NCBI GenBank assembly: GCA_964358615.1
Contig: CAYHOV010000002.1
Location: 1 to 44,076 of the forward strand
Direction of reading: 5' to 3'
DNA: 44,076 nt
DNA from: Candidatus Woesearchaeota archaeon
Lineage (GTDB): Archaea > Nanobdellota > Nanobdellia > Pacearchaeales > GW2011-AR1
Shown: positions 33,652 through 42,117 of the stretch, in pieces
How positions within the stretch are numbered: position 1 is the stretch's first letter
Layout of the letters: each line of letters opens with the position of its first letter
The notes under the pieces: generated by a model
Seen by the model: the letters and a program-made list of their open reading frames with translations, nothing else
What the model was told of the DNA's origin: nothing
Databases searched by the model: none
Position numbers and translations under genes: made by a program

Positions 33652-35058
33652 ATGCAAAAAAGAGTTGATAATAAGCAAGTTAGTTTTATCTTTTCAATAA
33701 TTTTAATTTTATTGGTTCTTTCAATATCTCAAGTTTTCGCACTTGTAGGCCACACAGCATCTCAGATCACTGGCGGCGCCCTGGGTTCTGGAAATTATAC
33801 CTATTCAGACAGTATATTTGTAATGAATAATATTGGAGTTAATACTACTCTCCCCCATGCAGCACTAGATGTAAATGGAACAGCGGTAGTAAATAAATTC
33901 TATACGGCAGGAAATAATACAAGGAATACTGGCGATGCCCAAGCAGCAGATATAGTAATCGGTTCTTCTGCTGTAGGTGGAATAAGGCACAATGGTAACA
34001 TAATGTTCTGGACATTAGCCGGAGCCGGAAACATATTAGCTGACGATAGTAGCGGAGCAAGAACATTACATCTTCAAGAATGGAGTTCATCAAGTGACGG
34101 GGTAACACTTCCTTTCAATGCAGGCGGAACAAGTTATTTTTCAGGCAACGTCGGCATCGGCACAACAAATCCCGGTGTTAAATTAACAACTCAAGGAACA
34201 AATGGCGCACCTGCAACATCCGGATCTGCACAAACCTTTGGCGGATTTAGAATCGAGAATCAAGCAAATAATTATGTTCTTGACTTTGGTATAAATGGTG
34301 GAAATCCTTGGTTACAATCATATACCGATAAAACAAATTTAGCCACCTATAGTGGTATATTATTAAATCCAAATGGCGGCAACGTCGGCATCGGAACCAC
34401 AAGCCCATCACAAAAACTCGACGTATTCGACGGCAACAACCACGTCACTATCGGAGAAGGCGGCAATGGCGCAATAATCCGATTAAACAGTACTGGAAAT
34501 TATGTACAGCAGATTAGTTTTGCAAGCAATAGCGTCGATGGAGTTAAGCTCAGAGGATCTGGCTATGGTCTTGCAATTCAAGGAGTTGCTCCTTATCTAA
34601 ACATTGGCTATGCAGACGCAGCATATAATGTCCCTCTTGTCGTCAACGGCACTGTTGCTATAAACAGAACAACAGCAGTATCTGGTTATATCCTAGCTGT
34701 CAACGGCCAAATCTGTGAAACAGATACTTCCTTAAGCGCTTGTTCTTCAGACGCTCGATTAAAATATAATATAAAACCAATTGCCAGCGGACTAGACATA
34801 ATAATGAAACTAAAACCAAAAACATTCAGCTTCAGCCCTGACGGACAAATCCAAGGCGGACTAATTGCCCAAGATCTTCAAGTCTCAAATCCAGACTGGG
34901 TAGTCTACAAAGACGACGGCTACATGACCTACAATGACCACGACTTTATAAAATTCTCAACAGTTCGAGCAATCCAAGAACTCAAGCAAGAAAATGACGT
35001 CTTGAAATCCGAGCTTTGCAAAAAAGATCCAACCTATTCTTTCTGTAAGAAAAAATAA
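33652..35058 (+). CDS. Tail-fibre-like surface protein with a C-terminal intramolecular chaperone auto-processing (peptidase S74-like) domain
   Basis: N-terminal TM/signal segment. Repeated GNVGIGTTNPGVKL / GNVGIGTTSPSQKLDV motifs. C-terminal CSSDARLKYNIKPI..GLDIIMKLKPKTFSF..GGLIAQDL..IQELKQEN matches the S-D-x-R-x-K ... G.IAQE ... IQEL pattern of endosialidase/tailspike chaperone domains. Confidence 0.7.
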   Translation: MQKRVDNKQVSFIFSIILILLVLSISQVFALVGHTASQITGGALGSGNYTYSDSIFVMNNIGVNTTLPHAALDVNGTAVVNKFYTAGNNTRNTGDAQAADIVIGSSAVGGIRHNGNIMFWTLAGAGNILADDSSGARTLHLQEWSSSSDGVTLPFNAGGTSYFSGNVGIGTTNPGVKLTTQGTNGAPATSGSAQTFGGFRIENQANNYVLDFGINGGNPWLQSYTDKTNLATYSGILLNPNGGNVGIGTTSPSQKLDVFDGNNHVTIGEGGNGAIIRLNSTGNYVQQISFASNSVDGVKLRGSGYGLAIQGVAPYLNIGYADAAYNVPLVVNGTVAINRTTAVSGYILAVNGQICETDTSLSACSSDARLKYNIKPIASGLDIIMKLKPKTFSFSPDGQIQGGLIAQDLQVSNPDWVVYKDDGYMTYNDHDFIKFSTVRAIQELKQENDVLKSELCKKDPTYSFCKKK

Positions 35059-35064
35059 AAATAG

Positions 35065-35628
35065 TTATTTACTCAAGAAAACTTTCTTAATTTCAAAATT
35101 TGAAGTTATCTCTTTCATAGCGTCACTAAAAATCTTCTCATGTTCAGGCAATATTTCAATCAGGCCCGGACTCAAAAGCCGACCCTGATTCTCTCTTAAC
35201 AATCCATATTTTCCTTTTTTTCCATTAAGCAGGTAATTAAAGCGTACCTTATCTTTTTTCTTTAATTTTGTGAGAGAATAAAAAATATGCACCCGCGAAA
35301 TCAATCCCATTGACTCTGAAAAATAATTTCCAGATAGCAGACTCTTTCCATAGAATAATATCGATTCTCTCGCAAAATTCCCCTTATCAAACAAAGAATA
35401 AAGATCATAAGATTTTATATGAATCGGCTTATCAAAAAATAATTCTAGTTGCTTTTTTATTTTCTGTGATTCCTCAAGTTGCTGTTTAAGAGTAATTTTT
35501 TTAAAGATTACTGCGATATCAATATCATTAGGTATATTTCCTTCTAATACTGACGAGCCAAATTTAACAATATCAATTACATCGTCGCTATAATTTAATT
35601 CCAACTTTTCCTGCGATTTCTTCTGCAT
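35065..35628 (-). CDS. Minimal nucleotidyltransferase (MNT-type) with a C-terminal extension, paralogue of 10157..10687
   Basis: IVKFGSSVLEGNIPNDIDIAVIF motif. 41-nt overlap with the upstream HEPN gene, identical to the other pair. Confidence 0.75.
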   Translation of the reverse strand: MQKKSQEKLELNYSDDVIDIVKFGSSVLEGNIPNDIDIAVIFKKITLKQQLEESQKIKKQLELFFDKPIHIKSYDLYSLFDKGNFARESILFYGKSLLSGNYFSESMGLISRVHIFYSLTKLKKKDKVRFNYLLNGKKGKYGLLRENQGRLLSPGLIEILPEHEKIFSDAMKEITSNFEIKKVFLSK

Positions 35629-35947
35629 CTTCTCTTATCACCTCCGCCAATTCTTTGCTCATAAGAATATTATAACTATCCTGATAAAAAGGAAAATCCT
35701 TATCTAAAATATTATATACTTCTGGAAATTTTTCTCTAGTGATTTTAAATCGATCATTGTGAGAAGAAGGGGTTTCTCCGATATTTTTTAAGACATATAA
35801 ATCAGCTAAAGCAACAACTGATTTGAAAAATAAGACAACTGCAGAATTATACCTTTCCTTACCAAATTCATCTATAGCAGAGCGATAATATTCTCTCGCT
35901 GTTTTGCTTAATATCTCAAATTTTCCATTGTTATTCTCTTTATCCAT
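35588..35947 (-). CDS. HEPN-domain protein, partner of the NTase
   Basis: Helical 119 aa. ERYNSAVVLFFKSVVALADLYVL...SSHNDRF parallels the 10647..10979 protein. Confidence 0.65.
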   Translation of the reverse strand: MDKENNNGKFEILSKTAREYYRSAIDEFGKERYNSAVVLFFKSVVALADLYVLKNIGETPSSHNDRFKITREKFPEVYNILDKDFPFYQDSYNILMSKELAEVIREDAEEIAGKVGIKL

Positions 35948-35979
35948 AAAAATAAGAGTAAAACTTTATTTTTAAATCT

Positions 35980-36076
35980 TTCTTACCCAGTAAGAAATAA
36001 ATAAAAAACAAATGTATTATTCTTACCCGGTAATAAAAATAGAATGAATTGAAGAGTATTTCTTACCCGACAAGAA
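35980..36076. promoter_or_regulatory. Three copies of the palindromic box TTCTTACCC(A/G)(G/A)(T/C)AA(G/T)AA at exactly 40-bp spacing (35980, 36020, 36060), each followed by a TAAATA(G)-like box
   Basis: Read directly. Copy 1 is a perfect 7-3-7 palindrome, TTCTTAC-CCA-GTAAGAA. Located in the divergent region between the HEPN/NTase operon and rps8e. Confidence 0.7.
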
Positions 36077-36136
36077 TAAATAGTCAATTAATTTCGAGCT
36101 ATCGACGATTGATGATTTTTTCTCAATAAAAAACTA

Positions 36137-36143
36137 TTTAAAC
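36137..36143 (+). promoter_or_regulatory. TATA-like box TTTAAAC, 27 nt upstream of the rps8e ATG
   Basis: Consensus-like box and spacing. Confidence 0.45.
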
Positions 36144-36163
36144 CATCTTTTCTCAAAAATCCT

Positions 36164-36526
36164 ATGAAAGGAAAAAGAAAAATAACAGGCGGAAGATACA
36201 AAAAAGCTAGAAAGAGAAAGCTCTATGAAAAACGTAGTCAATCAAGAGTTGTAAAACTTGGCCAAAGAAAATCCAAGTTCATGCATGTCCGCGGCGGAGC
36301 TAGAAAAATAGTTCTATTATCCGAGAATAAGACAAACTTGATGTACAAAGGAAAATCAAAAATAGCGACGATAAAAAATGTTATCGAGACACCCTGCAAT
36401 CGTTTCCTTGCAAGACAGAATGTTCTTGTAAAAGGTGCTATAATCGAGACAGACATGGGAAAAGCAAGGATAACCAATCGCCCATCCCAGGAAGGAATGG
36501 TCCAATCAATCCTTATCGAACAATAA
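36164..36526 (+). CDS. rps8e: 30S ribosomal protein S8e (eS8)
   Basis: KGKRKITGGRYKKARKRKLYEKRS and VRGGARKIVLL blocks are typical of archaeal S8e. 120 aa. Confidence 0.8.
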   Translation: MKGKRKITGGRYKKARKRKLYEKRSQSRVVKLGQRKSKFMHVRGGARKIVLLSENKTNLMYKGKSKIATIKNVIETPCNRFLARQNVLVKGAIIETDMGKARITNRPSQEGMVQSILIEQ

Positions 36527-36577
36527 TTCTCAGTTTCAATTCAAAAAACTTATATAGCTCCAGTTGTTGAATAATAT

Positions 36578-37414
36578 ATGGCCCGAAGAAGAGGATCAAA
36601 ACTTACAATATTTATTCTGCTGGTTATAATTTCATTCATAACCTATCAGTTTGATCTAATACCAAAAATAACTTCCCGAGAAAAAATAGATATAACTCCC
36701 GAATTAAATCCCTATTGCAACACAACAACAGGCTCGATAAAAATCGCGAATTGGAATCTCCAGATTTTCGGAGAAAAAAAATCTTCGAATCAAGAATTGA
36801 TGAATACCTATTCAGACCTGATAAAAAACTATGATATAATTTTTGTCCAAGAGATACGTGATTCCTCGGGCCAAGCATTTCCAAAACTCTGCACAATGTT
36901 GCCAGAATATAATTGTAAAATTTCAAGCCCTGCCGGCCGATCGACAAGCAAAGAACAATATGGAATAATCTACAAAAAATCCATAGAATTAACCGAGTTC
37001 CAAGATTTCAATCCTGACTCTCAAGATAGATGGGAAAGACCTCCAATAAAAACAGTGTTTTTAGCAGACGGCAAATTATTGACAATCTATAATATTCACG
37101 CAAAACCCGAAGACGTAAAGAACGAACTCGACTATCTTCAACAAATAATACCTCAGACAATCGAGCCTGTAATAATCCTTGGAGATCTAAACGCCGACTG
37201 TTCCTACTATTCTGCTGAAAAAGAAACAGAATTTGACTCATGGAAATGGGTAATAAAAGACACCGACGACACAACAGTATCTGCTTCAGACTGTGCCTAT
37301 GACAGAATAATACTTGATGAAGACGCACAAAAATTCTACAAGTCCAACGGAATATACAAAGACATTATTGAAAAACAATCAGACCATTATTTGGTCTGTG
37401 TAGAACTCAAATAA
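36578..37414 (+). CDS. Secreted/membrane-anchored DNase I-family nuclease (EEP fold)
   Basis: N-terminal TM helix. Block-by-block similarity to DNase I: IKIANWNLQIFGEKK, YDIIFVQEIRD, KEQYGIIYK, ERPPIKTVF, IHAKPEDV, ILGDLNADCSY, DTTVSASDCAYDRII, SDHYLVCVEL. Confidence 0.9.
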   Translation: MARRRGSKLTIFILLVIISFITYQFDLIPKITSREKIDITPELNPYCNTTTGSIKIANWNLQIFGEKKSSNQELMNTYSDLIKNYDIIFVQEIRDSSGQAFPKLCTMLPEYNCKISSPAGRSTSKEQYGIIYKKSIELTEFQDFNPDSQDRWERPPIKTVFLADGKLLTIYNIHAKPEDVKNELDYLQQIIPQTIEPVIILGDLNADCSYYSAEKETEFDSWKWVIKDTDDTTVSASDCAYDRIILDEDAQKFYKSNGIYKDIIEKQSDHYLVCVELK

Positions 37415-37470
37415 TCCAACTCATATTTATGGCGTCAAATTAATGACCCCGTCGATAACATGGCGAAAAC

Positions 37471-37478
37471 TTTAAAAA
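37471..37478 (+). promoter_or_regulatory. TATA box TTTAAAAA preceded by an A-rich BRE-like AAAAC, 33 nt upstream of the tfb ATG
   Basis: Consensus-like. A second GTTTAAAC box at 37488-95 is too close to the ATG to be the main TATA. Confidence 0.4.
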
Positions 37479-37503
37479 GACAAAAAAGTTTAAACTCCTA
37501 CTA

Positions 37504-38448
37504 ATGGTGAGTGTTAAACGATGTCCTGAGTGTGGAAGTTCTAATCTTACCTATGATGAATCTCAGGGAGAATTGATTTGCAGTGATTGTGGCCTTCTGG
37601 TTGAAGAAAAAATGGTTGATACTTCTCACGAACTTCGTGCTTTTGATAAGACCGAGAAAAAGAGTCGTGGTGGACCGCCAAGCTCGATGCAAAAATTTGA
37701 CAAAGGATTGACGACCAACGTCGGAGAAATCTCCGATATTTACAAATTAAATTCAGCTCAACAGACTCGAAAATATTTAAGACTGAAAAAATGGCAAGAG
37801 CGAGTTTCAACATCCATAGAAAGAAATTTGCGATTAGCAATGTCAGAACTAAGACGAGTAGCATCATTCTTAGATCTCCCAAATGTAGTAAGAGAAGAAA
37901 CAGCAAGAATTTATAATTTTGTTTTACAAAGAGGGATGGTCCGTGGCCGAAACATGGAATCAGTTATTGCAGCTTGTATTTACACTGCCTGCCGTTCTTA
38001 TAATCTCCCAAGAACCCTCGACGAAATATCTGCAGCATCAGAAGTCGAGAGAAAAGAAATAGGCCGGACCTATCGTTTCATAATAAGAAAAATGGGAATC
38101 AAAGTAACACCTTCATCTCCAAAAGATTATATCTCAAGATTTTCAGCAGTTTTGCATCTCTCTCCAAAAACCCAGAATGAAGCGCTTAGAATTCTAAAAA
38201 AAGCCGAGATTTCAGAATTGACTTCTGGCCGGGGGCCAGCAGGAATCGCTGCAGCAGCGCTCTATGTGGCATCACTGTTGAACGACGAGAAAAAGACTCA
38301 ACGAGAGGTTGCAGATGTAGCCGGCATTACAGAAGTAACCATAAGAAATAGATACAAAGAATTACTTGAAAAACTAGGATTAGAAGAACAAATAAAAATA
38401 AAAGAAATAGAAGAAAAAAGAGAAAAAGCAAAAGAAAAAGAAAAATAA
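37504..38448 (+). CDS. tfb: Transcription initiation factor IIB (TFB)
   Basis: Zn ribbon CPECGS..CSDCG, B-reader/linker, two cyclin repeats (AACIYTACRSYNLPRTLDEI; GIAAAALYVASLL). Lys/Glu-rich C-terminal tail. Confidence 0.92.
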   Translation: MVSVKRCPECGSSNLTYDESQGELICSDCGLLVEEKMVDTSHELRAFDKTEKKSRGGPPSSMQKFDKGLTTNVGEISDIYKLNSAQQTRKYLRLKKWQERVSTSIERNLRLAMSELRRVASFLDLPNVVREETARIYNFVLQRGMVRGRNMESVIAACIYTACRSYNLPRTLDEISAASEVERKEIGRTYRFIIRKMGIKVTPSSPKDYISRFSAVLHLSPKTQNEALRILKKAEISELTSGRGPAGIAAAALYVASLLNDEKKTQREVADVAGITEVTIRNRYKELLEKLGLEEQIKIKEIEEKREKAKEKEK

Positions 38449-38473
38449 TTTCTAAATCATAAATATTCTCCAG

Positions 38474-39232
38474 ATGAAAATTCTTATAGTAACAAAAAAT
38501 GAAGATTGTTTAGAGTCTGAAAAAATAAAAAAAGATTTCAAAGAATTAAATATCTCTATAACATCTCTTCAAGATCTTAAACTGCAACACTTCAAAGATA
38601 AAGATTTAGTAATCACTGTCGGAGGAGATGGAACTTTTCTTTCAGCGTCGCATTATACAGACAATCAGCTAATTCTCGGAGTTAATTCAAATAAAGAAAA
38701 AAGCGAAGGAGCGCTCTGCCCAATAACAATTTCAGAGTTACCTAAAAAATTAAAAAAAATTATTAACAAAGAATTAAATGTAAAAGAATATGTTCGGGAA
38801 AAAGTTTGCATAACCAAAAAGGAAAAATGTATAATTACAGAACAGGCGCTGAATGAGACCTACATCGGAAACCAAAATCCCCACCATCCTTCAAATTATA
38901 TTCTCGAATATAAAGATAAGACCGAAACTCAAAGAAGTTCTGGAATTCTTATAACCACTGGAACAGGCTCAACAGCCTGGTATAAGACCATGGGCGGTTG
39001 GCCATTTTCCAGAATAAAACAACAACTGAGATTCAGAGTCCGCGAACCATACACTCGAAGGATTCACAAATCAACAATCCTCAACGGAAAAATAGAACTC
39101 GGTGAAAAAATAAAAATAACTTCCACGATGAATCATGGCCTTGTAGCAATTGATTCAATAAGAACCTATCCTCTCGAGTTAGATGATAAAATCGAGATCT
39201 CGATAGGAACCCCATTAAGAGCAATACAATAA
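38474..39232 (+). CDS. nadK: NAD kinase
   Basis: LVITVGGDGTFL (GGDGT motif), NE..IG block, TTGTGSTAWYKTMGG (the TGSTAY motif). Confidence 0.8.
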   Translation: MKILIVTKNEDCLESEKIKKDFKELNISITSLQDLKLQHFKDKDLVITVGGDGTFLSASHYTDNQLILGVNSNKEKSEGALCPITISELPKKLKKIINKELNVKEYVREKVCITKKEKCIITEQALNETYIGNQNPHHPSNYILEYKDKTETQRSSGILITTGTGSTAWYKTMGGWPFSRIKQQLRFRVREPYTRRIHKSTILNGKIELGEKIKITSTMNHGLVAIDSIRTYPLELDDKIEISIGTPLRAIQ

Positions 39233-39264
39233 GTTTTTATACAATTCTTTTCTGCTATTTTCAT

Positions 39265-39360
39265 GCGGAGGTACCGAAGTGGTCAAACGGGTCAGCCTTA
39301 GGAACAAGTTAAGAAAGCTGATGGCTTCTGCCTTCAGGGGTTCGAATCCTCTCCTCCGCA
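39265..39360 (+). tRNA. tRNA-Leu (UAG), class II, with a ~13-nt intron at the canonical 37/38 position (about 39303-39315)
   Basis: Acceptor GCGGAGG/CCUCCGC plus A. 3-bp D stem CCG/CGG. Anticodon stem UCAGC/GCUGA with 20 nt between the strands (7-nt loop CUUAGGA plus intron). 14-nt variable arm. T arm AGGGG-UUCGAAU-CCUCU. Intron UUAAG can pair with anticodon-loop CUUAG. Confidence 0.8.
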
Positions 39361-39364
39361 TTTT

Positions 39365-40429
39365 TTAAGTTACAGTAGCCCAATCATACTTAAATTCAGC
39401 AAGACTAAATCTTCTCAGATTATCTGCATCAGGGCTTGTCTTCACAGTCTGCGCATATTCATATGCCGTCGATGTTTCATAATCTCCTCCGAGCTCTTTC
39501 GCAACAAGATTAAAGAATTTCTGGGATCGATCCAATTGCCATTGCATAAATTTTCGAGTCTTGATTCCGTCTTCACTTTCCCAATACTGCGGATACTTAT
39601 CTTTTAATGCCATCCCAGTGCAAAGAGCATAGACTTCCATCTCTCTAAAAAAAATCAGATTAGAATAAACAACATCCCAATCCCTATTTTGAAAAGCCGC
39701 CAAATCTCCGGAATAATAAGCAACCCATTCATCAAAAGGATACAAAACATTTTCCGGATCTCCGGCCGTACTTCTTCTAGAAATATATGTATCAAAAGAA
39801 CTACCTTGCAAAGATGGAGGAACATAACTCGACGTGACAAACCGATCCATCGAGACAGTATACAGATCTATCATCTTGCTATTTAATAAATATAAAGATT
39901 GAGTGATATCGTCGCCATAGGAAGATTCAAAATTCAGATGATGGATATGCTCGTGTGCCCTTACTCTTATATCCGGATCATTCAAAAAAGTGAGCTTGCT
40001 AGTATCATCAAAATGACTCTCAACATCGTCGACAATCCAATTGCCAGACGACGCTTTTCTTTCAGGAGCAAAATCATAGGTTCCAGGAGGATAATCTCCA
40101 ATATCTCCCAGATCAACAGGAGGATAATATCGATATTCATTCGCATTTTTTGAATCAGTTGAAGTTCCAGAACCTGCAGAAGTTTCAGAATTTTTAGAAT
40201 TTTTGACCTGGTCGCAGACCGAACAACAAGCAGTACAAACCTTGTTATTCGGCAATGGGGGATAATTACTTACAAAAGAACTATTCTTATCATTAGAAGA
40301 AATATTGCCCGACAAGTTAAAATAAGCGACTATTGCTACGGCAACAATCATAGCAAGAAAAATAAATAAAGTGACCTGCGCTCTTGAATTAAACCTCTTA
40401 GCTGATAAATCCATTAAACTTAAAAACAA
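39365..40429 (-). CDS. Membrane-anchored/secreted putative zinc metallopeptidase (HExxH)
   Basis: N-terminal TM helix (VTLFIFLAMIVAVAIVAYF), Cys cluster CTACCSVCDQ, S/T linker, and the HEHIH motif in RVRAHEHIHHLNF. Confidence 0.5.
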   Translation of the reverse strand: MFLSLMDLSAKRFNSRAQVTLFIFLAMIVAVAIVAYFNLSGNISSNDKNSSFVSNYPPLPNNKVCTACCSVCDQVKNSKNSETSAGSGTSTDSKNANEYRYYPPVDLGDIGDYPPGTYDFAPERKASSGNWIVDDVESHFDDTSKLTFLNDPDIRVRAHEHIHHLNFESSYGDDITQSLYLLNSKMIDLYTVSMDRFVTSSYVPPSLQGSSFDTYISRRSTAGDPENVLYPFDEWVAYYSGDLAAFQNRDWDVVYSNLIFFREMEVYALCTGMALKDKYPQYWESEDGIKTRKFMQWQLDRSQKFFNLVAKELGGDYETSTAYEYAQTVKTSPDADNLRRFSLAEFKYDWATVT

Positions 40430-40465
40430 ATAAGATATTTAAACATTATCTACTCTCCAAATTTA

Positions 40466-40580
40466 GGGTCCCATAGTATAGTGGCAGAACAGCTCTTTGA
40501 CGAATTCATGAGATTTCAGGAATTTCCAGAAATCTTGATTTCAAGATGGAGCAAGCCCAGGTTCAATCCCTGGTGGGACC
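40466..40580 (+). tRNA. tRNA-Val (GAC) with a ~44-nt intron (about 40502-40545)
   Basis: Acceptor GGUCCCA/UGGGACC plus A. D arm GUAU-AGUGGCA-GAAC (one mismatch). Anticodon stem GCUCU/GGAGC, loop UUGACG.. T arm CCAGG-UUCAAUC-CCUGG. The intron boundaries and anticodon assignment are hand-derived and less certain. Confidence 0.65.
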
Positions 40581-40583
40581 ATA

Positions 40584-40631
40584 AATGGAGCGAGCCCAGG
40601 TTCAATCCCCTTCAATTCGCAAGAATTGGAG
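40584..40631 (+). repeat. Truncated duplicate of the tRNA-Val 3' half (25 nt, 1 mismatch) capped by a 10-bp GCAA-tetraloop hairpin
   Basis: atggagcGagcccaggttcaatccc (40584-40608) compared with atggagcAagcccaggttcaatccc (40545-40569). Hairpin CCTTCAATTC-GCAA-GAATTGGAGG at 40608-40631 contains one G-U pair. Confidence 0.75.
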
Positions 40632-40704
40632 GATCAGAACAGAATTTACCAAACAGAAATTTTTCTAATCTAACAAAAAACCAACATTTTAAAAAATAAA
40701 AATT

Positions 40705-42096
40705 CTACGAAGCTGGCGTCGTAAAAATTATCTCTTTGCTTTTCAAAACCTGGATAACTTCTCTTTTTGAAGCATCAAGTCTATTTAAGAACATTCTACA
40801 ACTATATTTAGTATTTGGACTAAGTTTCAGAATACCAAAAGAATTTTTATCTTCCATAAATTGCCCTCTCAATCCTTGTAGAGGATTCGGGCTACATTGG
40901 CCAACATAAAATTCTCCGTCGGCCAAAACATTAACGGTCGTCAAAGTAACCGAATCTTTTCTCAAGTCCTTAAAAGAAGCAGAAAATCTTTGTGATTCCA
41001 GATATGCATATGGATCCTGTTTTAACCAGCCAATCTCATAAGCGGTTTGGGAATTTATTCCAAGATTATCAAACGCGACATCCGATGCGCAAAAGAGATC
41101 ATTTTGATATTCATTCCCTGCCTCGTCAAGTTGACAATCAGGGGAAAAAAGAGTATATTTATCTGTAGCTCCGAGTTTATGAAAAAATTCGTGAGTAAAA
41201 ACAAAAGGAATGTAAGGATTTGGGCCCTCACTCAACCAAAAAAATTCCCCAGATTCTCCAGGATTTCTCGACGTCAGCAGGTTCAGATAAAGATATTTTG
41301 TTCCCCGTATAGCTGTGCTCATTATATTCGCAGAACTGCGTCCAAAAATAAGCACATTGATATAATTATAATTCTTGACATCAGGATAATTATTTTCCAA
41401 CCATTCCTCAAATCGAGGCTCGCCATCACTCGAAAAGACCACTGCAGGGCTTGACTCAGTTCTATAATTTGGATTAAGAAATTCCTGTGGAATTTTTATT
41501 TGCTGAGGATAGATTACAAATTGTGGTTTAAAATCAACATTATATTTTGCAGCCTGTCTCGCAGACCAAATCTTAGAATAAGCAATAGAAGTTTTACTGT
41601 TCCCATAGTCGATAGTCTTTAGCCGAATATCTTCTGGAAGAGGATCATCAATATAGGCAAAAACAAATAAAATCTTATCTTGAAAAATGATTCTCGAGCT
41701 CACGCACTTCCCACCACTACATTTCTCTCCGATCTTGCACAAAGCTCCATTACAACAAATCCTCCCTTTACTACTTACCTTCGTCGACGCTAACTTATTA
41801 TTGCTGCAATAGAATTCACATAAAAAATTACTGCTCGCCGAAGCCTTAGCATTTTTACAATTAGAAGCCGAAACACTCGCACTAACGCACCGATCTGCAT
41901 AAGATTGTGTTCCCATTCTGGTGATTCCAAATTTATCATAATTTCTTCCTTGAATCGCAAGAGAAAAATCTTTATCATTCTCACTGCAACTGCTTGTAGA
42001 AGTCGAAGCCACTGAATTTCCAGTCATAACATTGATTGCCGACACAAATCCAACTAGCAAAACAAGAAATAATACAATAATCGCCAACCTTTTCAT
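40705..42096 (-). CDS. Secreted putative zinc metallopeptidase (HExxH) with a Cys-rich N-terminal region
   Basis: Signal-like N-terminus (LAIIVLFLVLLVGFVSA), many Cys in the first ~130 aa, and the HEFFH motif in PFVFTHEFFHKLGATDKY. Confidence 0.55.
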   Translation of the reverse strand: MKRLAIIVLFLVLLVGFVSAINVMTGNSVASTSTSSCSENDKDFSLAIQGRNYDKFGITRMGTQSYADRCVSASVSASNCKNAKASASSNFLCEFYCSNNKLASTKVSSKGRICCNGALCKIGEKCSGGKCVSSRIIFQDKILFVFAYIDDPLPEDIRLKTIDYGNSKTSIAYSKIWSARQAAKYNVDFKPQFVIYPQQIKIPQEFLNPNYRTESSPAVVFSSDGEPRFEEWLENNYPDVKNYNYINVLIFGRSSANIMSTAIRGTKYLYLNLLTSRNPGESGEFFWLSEGPNPYIPFVFTHEFFHKLGATDKYTLFSPDCQLDEAGNEYQNDLFCASDVAFDNLGINSQTAYEIGWLKQDPYAYLESQRFSASFKDLRKDSVTLTTVNVLADGEFYVGQCSPNPLQGLRGQFMEDKNSFGILKLSPNTKYSCRMFLNRLDASKREVIQVLKSKEIIFTTPAS

Positions 42097-42117
42097 GGCT
42101 ATTCATTATTTTTCTAA

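Noticed and set aside
40481-40699. 72-aa plus-strand ORF (MAEQLFDEFMRFQEF..)
   Set aside because: It lies entirely over tRNA-Val, its intron, the duplicated 3' half and the trailing hairpin. The repeated ..KPRFNPWW / EPRFNPLQ peptide is just the translated tRNA duplication.
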